Shown in pieces: positions 30,390 to 40,834 of a DNA stretch of 64,000 nt. The position numbers were made by a program, and so were the translations under genes. The notes under the pieces are model-generated. The model saw only the letters and a program-made list of their open reading frames with translations. It had not been told where the DNA came from and did not search any database. This DNA comes from Leptolyngbyaceae cyanobacterium (GTDB taxonomy: Bacteria; Cyanobacteriota; Cyanobacteriia; Phormidesmidales; Phormidesmidaceae), in contig CBDHHL010000041.1 in NCBI GenBank assembly GCA_965263355.1, positions 1 to 64,000 on the forward strand, written 5' to 3'. Positions within the stretch are counted from its first letter, which is position 1; each line of letters begins with the position of its first letter.

Positions 30390-31592
30390 GCCGAAACCTA
30401 GGGGGCCTTCCCCCGATGGTCTGCCCAGTGTTGTTGCTGGGTACTGATGAGGTAGCTATGAAACAGGCTGAAATAAAAAGGATTCTTTCCGAATGGAGAG
30501 AAAAATCTGTTCCTTGCGGGACAACAGAGGTGATTGAAGGATGGGAAGTGTCTTCAAGCACCAATATCGTTGCAGCAAGATTCCCCGCTACGAACCCTTT
30601 AGATGGGCCAGTCAGGGGCTGGCGTGCATCTGTACCCCACAAAGGATGGGAATTTGGAAGAAGTACAGAACCAGAAGTCGTCGAAACCACTTTTGTGCCA
30701 AGCTCCTGGCACTGTCAGAATTGCGGCTACCCCGATGAAAGTATTGCAGACGGTGAACACTGCCCTTCATGTGGGATGTAGTCGTCATGAAACTAGGATT
30801 TTACCCCAGCGATGGGGACACCGTAGATGTTTGGACAGGCCAAGGCGAATGGCCTGAGCCGTCCCCTGAGCTAAAAGAAAAGGCTCAGCAGTTAGGAGCA
30901 GAACTCAGGGTTTATATGCTTATGGGTTACTTTCCTTATGACCCCTATTGCTACGCCTGGGGGGTGTTCGAAAAAGGCAAAGGTTATCACTACGACGGAA
31001 TCACATAATTTAGGAGTACTGCAATGCACGAATCTGAATCAAAGCCCGAAATAATCGGGCTGCTATGTGACGGACATTACGGGTGGTATACCCCTGTAAC
31101 ATTCGCTGATATGGACAGCCTCCCAGTTCATTGCTGGGATAATTTATTGCCCTTACCGGAGAAAGATAAAGATAAAGGTAAAGATGACAATAACTAAAGC
31201 TCAAGTAGTCAGCAGCATAGCCTTCTGTGCTGTAACCATGGCTAGTGCTAAAGCAGTGCTAGCCGAAACAGACAAGCCCCTTGCCGCAGCGCAAGGGGCA
31301 ACACAAGCTCTGGTCGGGGGTTTGGCAATGACAGTAATTTACGATAAAAAGGGGCTAATAAAAAAATGAGATACGTAGGTAGGTACAACAACGGCTCAGG
31401 TTATATGGAGTGGGCAGCCACTCCTGTAGCAACAATTGCCGAGGCAAAGAAGCAATTACAAGACATCAGCTGGACCGATGTGGATGTTTGCGAAGTCTTG
31501 AAGACGTCTAACGAAACAAAAGACGGCATCCCTGTTGAGGGAGAAGTCGTCGCGACTGGCATGTTAGGGAGAGGCTGGTCAGACGAAGAAAA

Positions 31593-32495
31593 TTAAATAC
31601 TCAGCCGCATGTTCCCAGCTTCATCCCAGACCCCAGAATAACTATGGTTGCCCTGGTGATCTCGGGAACTCTGCTCACAAATATTCCAAAGCCATAAATC
31701 AGCGCCATGATGCGAACATCTGGCGCTGATTTCTCTATATATCTGTATTTGCGCTTTTCTAATAATAGGCAGGTCAACTGTAGACAATGCCGATGTTTCA
31801 AACGCAACCTTAAGCCCAGCGCTTTGCAATTCTCTCCAGAATGGAGGGAGATAATTCAATCGCATTAGCGAAACTGACCCCATGGCTGATATCTTCATCC
31901 ACTGCACCGGCCCAATCTGCTCAGGGATCTCAGACTTTGTTCGATACAGGCTAATATAATCAGCCCCGATAAATCCTGATACGATGCCCTGTAAGTCTTC
32001 CAGTCGAGTTAGGATACTATCGCGATCGCTTTGCTGGCGGATTCTATGCGATGAAATCCAAAGTTCAAGCTCTGGATAGTCAGCATGGATGGCCTTGTAA
32101 AAGGCAATTATCTCTGCCCAAAGATCAATATCACCACATAGGGTTAGCTCGCCTGCCAGGGTTATTTTTCTGAGCCCTCGACTGACGCAATGATCAACAA
32201 TTGGTCTGGCTAGGTTGTTGACATGACCTTTCAGTGCTAACGAATCGCGGCCTTTTAGCTCAGGATAACGGCAGATGACTGGGTGAATATGAACGTCTAA
32301 CCCATCGGCTTGGTCAAGTTGTTTGTCAAGCTCGGTTAAATCTGGGTTAGTACCAAAAGTACCTACACTGTCTTCTGACACAGTAAGGCCATAGATCTTT
32401 CTGAAATCAGCAGAGATCACAGGCTTGATGCCATTGGCCCTAATTACATTTTGAGTGGTCAGTTTGTCAGGAGGAAATTGAGAATAAAGTTTCAT
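31593..32495 (-). CDS. Putative GH10-like TIM-barrel protein
   Basis: DLTELDKQLDQADGLDVHIHPVI loosely resembles the GH10 N-terminal motif; last gene of the tail operon. Confidence 0.35.
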   Translation of the reverse strand: MKLYSQFPPDKLTTQNVIRANGIKPVISADFRKIYGLTVSEDSVGTFGTNPDLTELDKQLDQADGLDVHIHPVICRYPELKGRDSLALKGHVNNLARPIVDHCVSRGLRKITLAGELTLCGDIDLWAEIIAFYKAIHADYPELELWISSHRIRQQSDRDSILTRLEDLQGIVSGFIGADYISLYRTKSEIPEQIGPVQWMKISAMGSVSLMRLNYLPPFWRELQSAGLKVAFETSALSTVDLPIIRKAQIQIYREISARCSHHGADLWLWNICEQSSRDHQGNHSYSGVWDEAGNMRLSI

Positions 32496-32498
32496 AAT

Positions 32499-33482
32499 TT
32501 AGGGCGGCAGAGGTGAGCAAAGGTTCCCGTTGAAGCCTTCGTCGTCATCGCATTGACTATTAAAGAAGTCTTCAGCACAGCCAGGACAACAGGTCGCCAA
32601 TAACCAATCACTTAGTTGGTCCGACCAAATATAAACGCAAGGCGTCCGATCCTCCTGATACACGGTAACCATGTCGCCCCTAACAAAAGAATTAGGATCG
32701 GACGACGGAACACCCTGGAAGAAATTCTTTGAACCGGAAGCCCGCCAAGTAGTATTGGCTAGGTCATAATTCCACAGCCTGCCAACAACTGTATCGTAAT
32801 GGCCTTGCCCATCAACAGTGCCTGGGGGAGCTGGCGTAGTTGGCGGCCCAGCAACGTAATTAATGGGTGCGCCGCCCCCACCACCAACAGGCCGCCACAC
32901 ATCAGCAGCTTGGTCGTAAATAGATAAAGAATTATCAGTCGTGTTGTAGTGCAGCTGGCCGTTTACTGTCCCTGACGAGATCGGGCCATTGGGTTCAAAC
33001 GCGACAACTACGCCGCCAGATGCTAACTTTACAAACTGGCCAAGCTTTTGTATCCAAACATAAGCATTAGCTTCGTTATAGTTGCCCTGAATGCCAGTTT
33101 GTTCAAGCCACAAATCACCGTTGGCCCCAAAATCACTGCCCTGAGTAGGCGGCCTGAGAGGATATCTGACTTGCGGTTGAGTTTGACTAACAGGCTGGTT
33201 AATCGTTTCTGTGCTGCTGCCTAATAGCTCTAGCTGCCCCCCGGTCGATAACTGCCGAGACTGCCCGATCGCTGGTTGCCGTGAAAGTTTCTGAACAGTA
33301 GATCTAGGAACTGTGAGAAACCCGCCTGATTCTGTTCTAAGTGTGATGCCCTCGGCACTACTGCCCGACACCGTGCCAGTAATAGTTGCAGCGCCGATTC
33401 TCGCCTCAACCATTTGAGATTGAATGCGTTGAGTCGTGCGTTGCTTATTCCGGCTGGCTAATCTTTGGGTTAGGGCGGTCAT
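32499..33482 (-). CDS. Tail fibre / receptor-binding-like protein
   Basis: In the tail operon; repeated GQxHYxT..W modules; Gly/Pro-rich. Confidence 0.55.
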   Translation of the reverse strand: MTALTQRLASRNKQRTTQRIQSQMVEARIGAATITGTVSGSSAEGITLRTESGGFLTVPRSTVQKLSRQPAIGQSRQLSTGGQLELLGSSTETINQPVSQTQPQVRYPLRPPTQGSDFGANGDLWLEQTGIQGNYNEANAYVWIQKLGQFVKLASGGVVVAFEPNGPISSGTVNGQLHYNTTDNSLSIYDQAADVWRPVGGGGGAPINYVAGPPTTPAPPGTVDGQGHYDTVVGRLWNYDLANTTWRASGSKNFFQGVPSSDPNSFVRGDMVTVYQEDRTPCVYIWSDQLSDWLLATCCPGCAEDFFNSQCDDDEGFNGNLCSPLPP

Positions 33483-33484
33483 GG

Positions 33485-33856
33485 TTAACTAGCTGGCATT
33501 ACAGACGTAGCAGAAAGGAGATAATTAACCCCGCTAGTAATTGACTGTGTTGCGGACAGTACCCCTGAGCGTCGTACAGTCCCCGCTTTGTCTTTGATCC
33601 TGTACTCGGCAGCTGTCCCGGTAGCTGATGCTGTCGCACTAATCGGCTGCCCTGTCAATTCGGCTGTTCCGGCTGTTGTGCTGCCAGCTGTAGTAAATGG
33701 ATTGGTCCCATCCAGATTCCAAACTACAAGTACAGTCCCAAAACCAGTCGTTCCGTATTCGTAAGTGGAGTTTGCGCCCCCACCGTCATTTAGCTCAGTG
33801 TTTGCTGCTTGTAATGCAGCGTTTCGAGTATCTGTATCAATTGTTGAAGTTGGCAT
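33485..33856 (-). CDS. Minor tail structural protein
   Basis: RNAALQA...ATASATGTAAEYRIKDKAG motif typical of phage tail proteins. Confidence 0.55.
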   Translation of the reverse strand: MPTSTIDTDTRNAALQAANTELNDGGGANSTYEYGTTGFGTVLVVWNLDGTNPFTTAGSTTAGTAELTGQPISATASATGTAAEYRIKDKAGTVRRSGVLSATQSITSGVNYLLSATSVMPAS

Positions 33857-33859
33857 GAC

Positions 33860-34189
33860 TTAACCTAAAACTATACAACTAACTTTTTGGACGTTCGGGT
33901 TTGCTCCCGCACCCCCGCTAGACTCTCGCCAAACTCGAAATGTTGTTGAGCTTATCGACTGAGCCCCATGAGAATAGTTTAACGAAGCTCCTGACGATGG
34001 ATCGGCATTAGCAAAGCACGGATAATCAGCCGAGGCTTGAGCCGAATCCAAAGTAATCAACCATCGTCCTGTTGCTTCCCTCACGATACCCCCTGAGCTG
34101 ATGCCATCCAGGGAAAGTTCAGTGATGGTCGTTCCATCGTCAGTAAATACACAGGATGCTACTGCTGTTGTCGCCATAATTATCCCCAA
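33860..34189 (-). CDS. Stand-alone paralog of the C-terminal domain of the upstream tail protein
   Basis: Colinear with the last ~100 aa of 34180..36828 (VFTDDGTTITEL, REATGRWL, ADPSSGAS.NYSHGAQSIS). Confidence 0.75.
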   Translation of the reverse strand: MGIIMATTAVASCVFTDDGTTITELSLDGISSGGIVREATGRWLITLDSAQASADYPCFANADPSSGASLNYSHGAQSISSTTFRVWRESSGGAGANPNVQKVSCIVLG

Positions 34190-36828
34190 ACTGCAAAACT
34201 AACTTTTTGAATATTTGCATTTGCCCCTGCGCCTGAGCTTGCCTCTCTCCAAACTCTCAATGTTGTTGTGCTAATCGACTGCGCGCCATGAGAGTAATTA
34301 ATAGAGGCCCCTGACGATGGATCAGCGCTCGCGCTCGCGATAAAGTCAGCTGATGGCATTGCCGATACCAAGGTAACTAACCATCGTCCCGTTGCTTCCC
34401 TGGTAATCCCACCAGCGTTAACTCCGTCTAGGAACAGCTCAGTAATTGTCGTTCCATCGTCAGTAAATACGCCTGATGCAATAGCCGTTAAGCCTGTAGC
34501 GTTTGCATCGACAGCAACTGGGTTATCTTGAATTGCTGGTAAGTTTTCAGTGTTGCTTGTGGCTTCGGAAACTGACGGATTATCTTGAACAGCTGGTAAA
34601 TCTTCAGCATTACTAATCGGGATTGGCGAATTATCAACAGCGACTGGATTATCTTGAATAGCTGGCAAGTCTTCAGCATTACTAACCGGCGTTGGTGCCG
34701 TACTTGTAGCGACCGGATTATCTTCAATAGCTGGCAAGTCTTCTGCATTACTAGCAACGCCACTATCTGCAGCCGCAACCGGATTATCTTGAATCGCTGG
34801 CAAATCTTCAGTGATATTAATCGGAAATGATATCTCTATTGGAGGAGTCACCACATCCGGCGTTGCCCCAACCTCGCCAATCAACCCAAAATTACATCCA
34901 AATAGAGTCTCAGTTAAATTTGACGAGATACTAAAACCATTCAAAAAGTAAGCATCAATATTTCCATCGACAGTCACATCAACCCTCGATACCGGGTCAA
35001 ACGCAGTAAATAATTCTGTCGGGATTGCTCCAATAAATGAACGGCCCAGGCTCAATCCGTGTTGCCATTTCGCGGCCCATTCTGCTAGATCATTGCACTG
35101 GCGATCGCTCACAATCACATCAGCATTAACCCGGATTGTTCCCTCTTTCCATTTGTGGGCATTCCCTGAGACTGGTTCAATCTGCACTGAACCCGTGAAT
35201 TCTTGGTGCTCTTCTGTGTAAATGCTTTCCTGATATTCAATATCTGGTGGCCTCGTTGAACCGTCACTGGCCTGCAAGGTGAAGGTCAGGTCAGGGTCAG
35301 GGTTAGTTACCAGGGTCTCAGGGTTAGCCCCCGTATAATTTTTGAAGATTACGCCCCTCGGCTGCTGAGTAACTTGCTCAACACGCCATGCCTCAATCGC
35401 AGGATCTCCGCTAACGTCAAGTACTCTAGACCAGGTAGTCGTTTGAATTGAATAATCACGCTCTAAAAAGCGATTCAAATCATAGTTGGTAGGTGTTTTT
35501 TCGCCCCATTCCCAGAGGCACCATGGCCGACGTTCTGTGATAGTTCTTGAACTGACTACGCCTAAAATATTGTCGTAAGTATAGGTCGTGGTCGTTCGAC
35601 TGTTGTCAAGTAGTGTCAGTGCCGAGCTATTTTCTTCCTCACTAAACGCATCGCCACCACTAAGCCCCCGTGCTTTACGAATCAGCTCAACCGTTTCAGT
35701 CAGTCGTTTAGTGATTCCGTTATATCGATGGGTGATCGAACTATCTTCAGAATCTTGCAGACCATTATTCGTATTATCGACATCTGTCAGCAACGTCGGA
35801 ACAACGCCAGAATTATCCGTGGTGATCACCCTAGGCTGTATCTGTAATTCAGCTTGGCGTTCTACATACGTAATTACTGTCTGAGGTGCGCCCCCAGCTG
35901 GCGTTATTGTTTTAGTTTCAGTGCTGGTCAGGGATGTATATCCAGGGCCAGGAACAGTGCGAACGATTACGCTAGGATTTTCAATTTCTTGAGCAAGATC
36001 AGAACCGCCCGTTACTGTTAATTCTCCCGGTGGACGTTCTTCAAGGTTGACGGGTTCCCATCCGTTCTCGCCAACTGCGTCTCCTCCAATGCCGATAGTT
36101 AGACTAAAATCAGGAGCTGTTTTGAGTGTAAAGTCGGCTGGGGTGAGTCTTAATTCTTCATTGGAATCAAGCCAAGCAACATATTTTTGAGCCGCTGCTA
36201 TTTCCCCTATCTCGCGCACTGTTGACCGGGTAGATTTTTTCTGGACAGCTGTATTGACTGAATAACCGCCCGCGATAGTATCTGACGATGTTGTTAGTCC
36301 TATCTGAGTCGCGATATTACGAATTAACGTTGTGGGCGTTGTGGTTGTTCCCTGAGTGATTCCTGAGTAATTATTTTCTGGAGTAAACAGGTCTAGTGAT
36401 TTCCCAAGATCCCCTAAGTCAATCGTAATCTGAGCTTGAGAATCATTTGTAGGAATTTCTATCCTAGGGGATGCTTCCCTTAGGATATAAAACGGTGGCC
36501 AAAATCTTTCATAACTTGCCCCCGTCCACATGCTCAGTGTGATCCGGTTCCCCATGGCCAACACTTCAGCCCCCGACGGATTAGAGGCAGTATCGCGGTT
36601 ATCAAGGCTAACTGTTGTGCTTAATTCTGGGCTTAATACAACACTGCCTTCCCATGCCAACCAACCGTTTAACCTGTTTCCCGATCTCAGTTCGGAAAAG
36701 TCAATATCGACGCTAATCAAAGCGTCAGAAATATCATGCGGGCCACTAATCAAAGCTCGATTAGCGTCTAAAATCTCTAGGCTTGCTGTCCAGTCTTTAT
36801 CCTGAGCATCAATAGTAAAAGAGGTCAT
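34180..36828 (-). CDS. Large tail (hub/baseplate-like) protein with internal repeats
   Basis: 882 aa, two genes downstream of the tape measure; five ExLPA(I/V)(Q/E)DNP repeats. Confidence 0.7.
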   Translation of the reverse strand: MTSFTIDAQDKDWTASLEILDANRALISGPHDISDALISVDIDFSELRSGNRLNGWLAWEGSVVLSPELSTTVSLDNRDTASNPSGAEVLAMGNRITLSMWTGASYERFWPPFYILREASPRIEIPTNDSQAQITIDLGDLGKSLDLFTPENNYSGITQGTTTTPTTLIRNIATQIGLTTSSDTIAGGYSVNTAVQKKSTRSTVREIGEIAAAQKYVAWLDSNEELRLTPADFTLKTAPDFSLTIGIGGDAVGENGWEPVNLEERPPGELTVTGGSDLAQEIENPSVIVRTVPGPGYTSLTSTETKTITPAGGAPQTVITYVERQAELQIQPRVITTDNSGVVPTLLTDVDNTNNGLQDSEDSSITHRYNGITKRLTETVELIRKARGLSGGDAFSEEENSSALTLLDNSRTTTTYTYDNILGVVSSRTITERRPWCLWEWGEKTPTNYDLNRFLERDYSIQTTTWSRVLDVSGDPAIEAWRVEQVTQQPRGVIFKNYTGANPETLVTNPDPDLTFTLQASDGSTRPPDIEYQESIYTEEHQEFTGSVQIEPVSGNAHKWKEGTIRVNADVIVSDRQCNDLAEWAAKWQHGLSLGRSFIGAIPTELFTAFDPVSRVDVTVDGNIDAYFLNGFSISSNLTETLFGCNFGLIGEVGATPDVVTPPIEISFPINITEDLPAIQDNPVAAADSGVASNAEDLPAIEDNPVATSTAPTPVSNAEDLPAIQDNPVAVDNSPIPISNAEDLPAVQDNPSVSEATSNTENLPAIQDNPVAVDANATGLTAIASGVFTDDGTTITELFLDGVNAGGITREATGRWLVTLVSAMPSADFIASASADPSSGASINYSHGAQSISTTTLRVWREASSGAGANANIQKVSFAVWG

Positions 36829-37316
36829 GCAGCGATAACCCCCGATTCGGTAAATTGAAAAAGCACACTATCAACCCCATCAGATTGCTCAGTATATTCA
36901 AATCCCCTCTCATTCGTTGGCTCGGCTTGCCATTGTGGATAGTAGCAAATCGTATTAGCGTCAGCTGCTGTTGTGCTATTGGGCGCAATCGCTCTAGTGT
37001 TTGTCGTCCCATTCTCAGACCAATAATTTGTATAGTCATATATGACCCATGGGCCAGGAGTGCCCCAGTAAGCAGCCTCCATCCGAGTCAATGTTTCTTG
37101 CTGCTCAAGAGTTAAACTCCCAACAAAATTCCAAATAGCAAATCTGGTCTGTGCCCCTGTCCTAGCAGCTCCCCCTCGTTTGCCACGAACGATCCCTTTA
37201 TAACGACCATCAACCCGTGGATACTTGCCAGGATAACGACCAAATGTTGTGATACTCAAGCTGTAGTCAGCATGGTTTAGGACAATCCCCCGTCCTGTAG
37301 TCGTTGGTGCGGCCAT
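36825..37316 (-). CDS. Distal tail protein-like
   Basis: Immediately follows the tape measure gene. Confidence 0.5.
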   Translation of the reverse strand: MAAPTTTGRGIVLNHADYSLSITTFGRYPGKYPRVDGRYKGIVRGKRGGAARTGAQTRFAIWNFVGSLTLEQQETLTRMEAAYWGTPGPWVIYDYTNYWSENGTTNTRAIAPNSTTAADANTICYYPQWQAEPTNERGFEYTEQSDGVDSVLFQFTESGVIAA

Positions 37317-40300
37317 TAGATAACTCCCTCCGCAATCTGTTGTTGCCGAGTTAGATCGGCTGTAATTTGCGCAGCGTCTGCTACCGGATCAGGCGTTGAA
37401 ACGGTTAGATTTTCTATGCCTGCTGGGCTATTCTCAATGGCTTCTTTTATCTCTGTTAGGCCATTGGCCAGCCTTTCTATTTGACTGTCTGCGATTGCAA
37501 TTTCTTGTTGCGAATCCAATAGAGAGCTGACTCCCCCCAATCCAACTTGGTCAAGGATGCCTGCCGCAAACGGATTGTTTGCATTGTTCTCAGCGAACCT
37601 GAATGCCTCCTCAATGCTGAATTCATCGCCACTACGGCCAAATCTTTGGGCTTGGTCGATAGCACTCTGCAGCTGGCCGAATTGATCGGCATCTAATGCG
37701 CCAGTTCTCCTCGCAGTTCGAGCATTTTCTTCTAATTGATCAAGGCTCCCCAGCGCATCATCAGATGAGATGTCAGACAATCCAGCTAATGCCGACACAA
37801 TGCTAGAAGTCGCCCGCTCTCGTCGTTCTGTCTCGCTGGCAATATCTTTTTCTATCTGTAACTGCTCGTCAGCTAGTTTTTTTTGTTGCTCCTTGAAGGA
37901 CTGAATCGCTTGTTCTCGCCTCTCCTGAATCGCCCGCTGGTTGGCTAGCTCTTGATCAGCGTCTAGTTGTTCAAACTGAATAGATAAGATATTTTTTTTG
38001 GATTGCGCTTGACTTTGTAGCGCCTCGGTTTCTTGCTCTCTCAGGCTCGCTATCTGCTGCAATGCCTGAATCTCATCGGCACTAGCGCCCTCTGCCCTAG
38101 CACGCTCAACCGCAATCCTGGCCTCAGCTTCCGCAATCTCTCCTAGTCTGAGCTGCCGATCTGCGTCTAGCTGGGTTAGCTGCTGCTGAATCTGTAGCTG
38201 TTGACGGCGGGCGTTGAATTCAGCTTGTATCGACCGTCTCTGGTTAAGAAGCAGACGATCTCTTATTTCCTCAACGGCCACAACGTCTTCAGCTGCTTCC
38301 GCTTCAGCTAATTTTCCTTCGAGCGTTTGACGGGAAAGTGATAGTCGAGATTGCTCTAAAGAAACCTGAGCGCCTATCAGGTTGGCCTGGTCTTGGAGCG
38401 CAGTTGACGCGATTCCAGACTGAATAGAAACTTGCTGTGCCTGTAGGTCGTTTAGCCGTTGTTGCGCATCCAGTTGTTCTAACGCGGCTTTTTTGGCTGC
38501 CTCTGCTTTTTTCTCGGCTGCCTCTCTAGCCGCATCTTGCGCATCAATTTCGCTTTCAATGCTTTCCAGTGTCAGGTCTGCTATCTCCTCCCTGGCTGCC
38601 CTAATCTGATCCGTAGCGTCTTTTTCAGAGATGACCTGCCGACTAGCGAAGTCTTCAATTTTCGCTATTTCATCCTCACGCAGTTGGATTCTCTCCCGAA
38701 TTGCATCAGACTCAATCTCACTGACCTGTGCGTCTGCCTGCTCCTCAGAAATATTGCCAGCCGCTTGATTCTGCCGTATAGCAGCAATGCGGTTTTGTTG
38801 GGCAATGTCAATATTGGCCAAAGCTTCTTTTTGGGCTTCTTCGAATTCCTTAGCAGCTTCTTCGTTGGCCTTAACCCGCTCCTGTGCTGCTCGCCTAGCC
38901 GCTCGCTCATCATTCTCGGCTACTTGGTCTGAAGCTTGCCTAAATGCTTCAACGAAGCTTAGATCAACCTCGGCTGCGGACCCGAGGCCACGGACATTTG
39001 CTTCAACCTCAACCCCTGTGTCAGCAATACCAAGGAGCCTAGATAGTGGCCCATCAAATTGACCGTCAAATCCTACATTTACTCGTCTGCCCTCAATGTC
39101 ATTAAGTTGATTAGCGATACTTCCTATGCTTTGATTTCGCCCATTGACAACGTCTTCCAGTGAACTAGCCAAGCCCAGCCGCTCAAGGCCATCAATCAAC
39201 GAAAGCACTGCATCTAGTAACGAGATCGCATCGCTAGTAAAGTCGGAAATCCCCTGCCCTAAGTTCTCAATGCTTTGCGCGAACAGTTCAATATTTTCTG
39301 GGTTTTCAAGTGTTTGAGTGATTCGGTCTAAAATCGTCGCTACCGCTTCAGCACCACTATTCGCGAAACTGGTCAGCGCCTCTCCTAACCGCTCTGCCAA
39401 TTCTGGATTATCCGCGAGTGAATCACGCAACCTTTCCCCTGCCTGCGTCAATGGGTCTAAAGCGCTTGCGTCAACATTGCTGAAGATTGCCCCAAACGTA
39501 TTGCTGAATGCTGTTTCTAGTGGTTCTAGTGACGCTCCTAGCTGTTGTTGGAATCCAAGAATTTCATTTTCCAGTGCTGCGATCGCTTGCTGTGCGGCTG
39601 GGGCTTCGCCTTCAATCTCAGCCAACCCTCGTGTAAATGCTGGAATAAATTCAGAGGCAGTTAGATTTCCTGAACTGACTAGGTCATTCAATTCAGCTGT
39701 AGTGATCCCTAGCCCACGGGCGACAGCCCCAAAGGCGACAGGTAACTGCTCCCCTAGCTGTTGTCGCAATTCTTCCATAGAGACCACGCCTTTTGACGTA
39801 ATCTGCGTTAAAGCATTAAATGCTAACCCTGTAGAAACACTGTCCTTGCCAAAAATCGCTAATACTCGGCTTGTCTCGGCGAAAAGATCATTCACTTGCT
39901 GTTGAGGGACTCCAGCCTCAGCAGCAGCTGCCGTTAATCCTGAATACTCAGTCTGTAATGCCTGAAAAGACTGCCCAGTTCGCTCTGAAACTTCTCTTAG
40001 AAAGTCAATTGATTCAGCTGCAGCATCTTGTGACCCAAGAACAATGCTTAAAACATTGTTTGTCGCCCTCAGGCTCCTGTTCGCCTGGATGCTCGCCGCA
40101 ACAAATTCAGTAACTTTTGATGTTAGCTCCCCAAATAGGTCAACCAACCTATCAAGTGCTGCAAACGCTGCTGCACCTCGGAACGCTTGCAGTACAAAGC
40201 TGAAGTCACCGATAGGCTTCTCTGCCTGATTGGCCGCCCTAGCTGTGCTGTTCAATTCGGACTGTAGGCGCTTGAGGGTTTGGGCCGCATCATCGCCGCT

Positions 40301-40834
40301 AAGCCCCTCCAATGTTCTATCTAGCTGGTTTAGCTGAGCCCTCGCATCTCCTGTGTCAGCATCAACCTTAATTCTACGAGCTTCGAGCTTAGCTATGTCA
40401 GCTTCAATCTTGCGGATCTCAGTGGCGGCCCCTGGAGTAACAAGTGGGATCTCTAGCTTTCGTCGATTCAGCCTTTCAATCCTAGACTCGATGCCCGCCA
40501 GGTCAGCGTCCCCACGAGCAACCTTGAACTCTACATTGATCCGTTGCCTCTGCAGACCCTCAATAGCCTGCTCCAACGTCAGCAGCTCATCTTTTGCTGA
40601 CTGAACAGATCGAGATAACTGCTGAGTGTTTGCGCTGAAATTAAACTCGGGGATTTGGATATTCGTAAAAGCATCCTGAACAGTTCTAGCCGCTCTAGCT
40701 GCTGGGCCTGCATCAGGAATCTTTAGATCAATATCGCCAACCCCAGCAAAGCGCTGCTCAAGCTGAGAGATAGCGCGATCTGCTGATGCGCGATCAATCC
40801 CAACCTGAAAAATAACTCTGCCAGCGTCAACCAT
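37316..40834 (-). CDS. Tape measure protein
   Basis: About 1170 aa helical protein; ALTQITSKGVVSMEELRQQLGEQLP tape-measure motif; ATG at 40834. Confidence 0.92.
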   Translation of the reverse strand: MVDAGRVIFQVGIDRASADRAISQLEQRFAGVGDIDLKIPDAGPAARAARTVQDAFTNIQIPEFNFSANTQQLSRSVQSAKDELLTLEQAIEGLQRQRINVEFKVARGDADLAGIESRIERLNRRKLEIPLVTPGAATEIRKIEADIAKLEARRIKVDADTGDARAQLNQLDRTLEGLSGDDAAQTLKRLQSELNSTARAANQAEKPIGDFSFVLQAFRGAAAFAALDRLVDLFGELTSKVTEFVAASIQANRSLRATNNVLSIVLGSQDAAAESIDFLREVSERTGQSFQALQTEYSGLTAAAAEAGVPQQQVNDLFAETSRVLAIFGKDSVSTGLAFNALTQITSKGVVSMEELRQQLGEQLPVAFGAVARGLGITTAELNDLVSSGNLTASEFIPAFTRGLAEIEGEAPAAQQAIAALENEILGFQQQLGASLEPLETAFSNTFGAIFSNVDASALDPLTQAGERLRDSLADNPELAERLGEALTSFANSGAEAVATILDRITQTLENPENIELFAQSIENLGQGISDFTSDAISLLDAVLSLIDGLERLGLASSLEDVVNGRNQSIGSIANQLNDIEGRRVNVGFDGQFDGPLSRLLGIADTGVEVEANVRGLGSAAEVDLSFVEAFRQASDQVAENDERAARRAAQERVKANEEAAKEFEEAQKEALANIDIAQQNRIAAIRQNQAAGNISEEQADAQVSEIESDAIRERIQLREDEIAKIEDFASRQVISEKDATDQIRAAREEIADLTLESIESEIDAQDAAREAAEKKAEAAKKAALEQLDAQQRLNDLQAQQVSIQSGIASTALQDQANLIGAQVSLEQSRLSLSRQTLEGKLAEAEAAEDVVAVEEIRDRLLLNQRRSIQAEFNARRQQLQIQQQLTQLDADRQLRLGEIAEAEARIAVERARAEGASADEIQALQQIASLREQETEALQSQAQSKKNILSIQFEQLDADQELANQRAIQERREQAIQSFKEQQKKLADEQLQIEKDIASETERRERATSSIVSALAGLSDISSDDALGSLDQLEENARTARRTGALDADQFGQLQSAIDQAQRFGRSGDEFSIEEAFRFAENNANNPFAAGILDQVGLGGVSSLLDSQQEIAIADSQIERLANGLTEIKEAIENSPAGIENLTVSTPDPVADAAQITADLTRQQQIAEGVI

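Noticed and set aside
34520..34815. Regularly spaced ~40-bp repeats resembling a CRISPR array
   Set aside because: They are in-frame peptide repeats in the tail protein with synonymous variation, not identical repeats with unique spacers.
38537..40604. Several + strand ORFs up to 195 aa
   Set aside because: They are antisense shadows of the tape measure gene.
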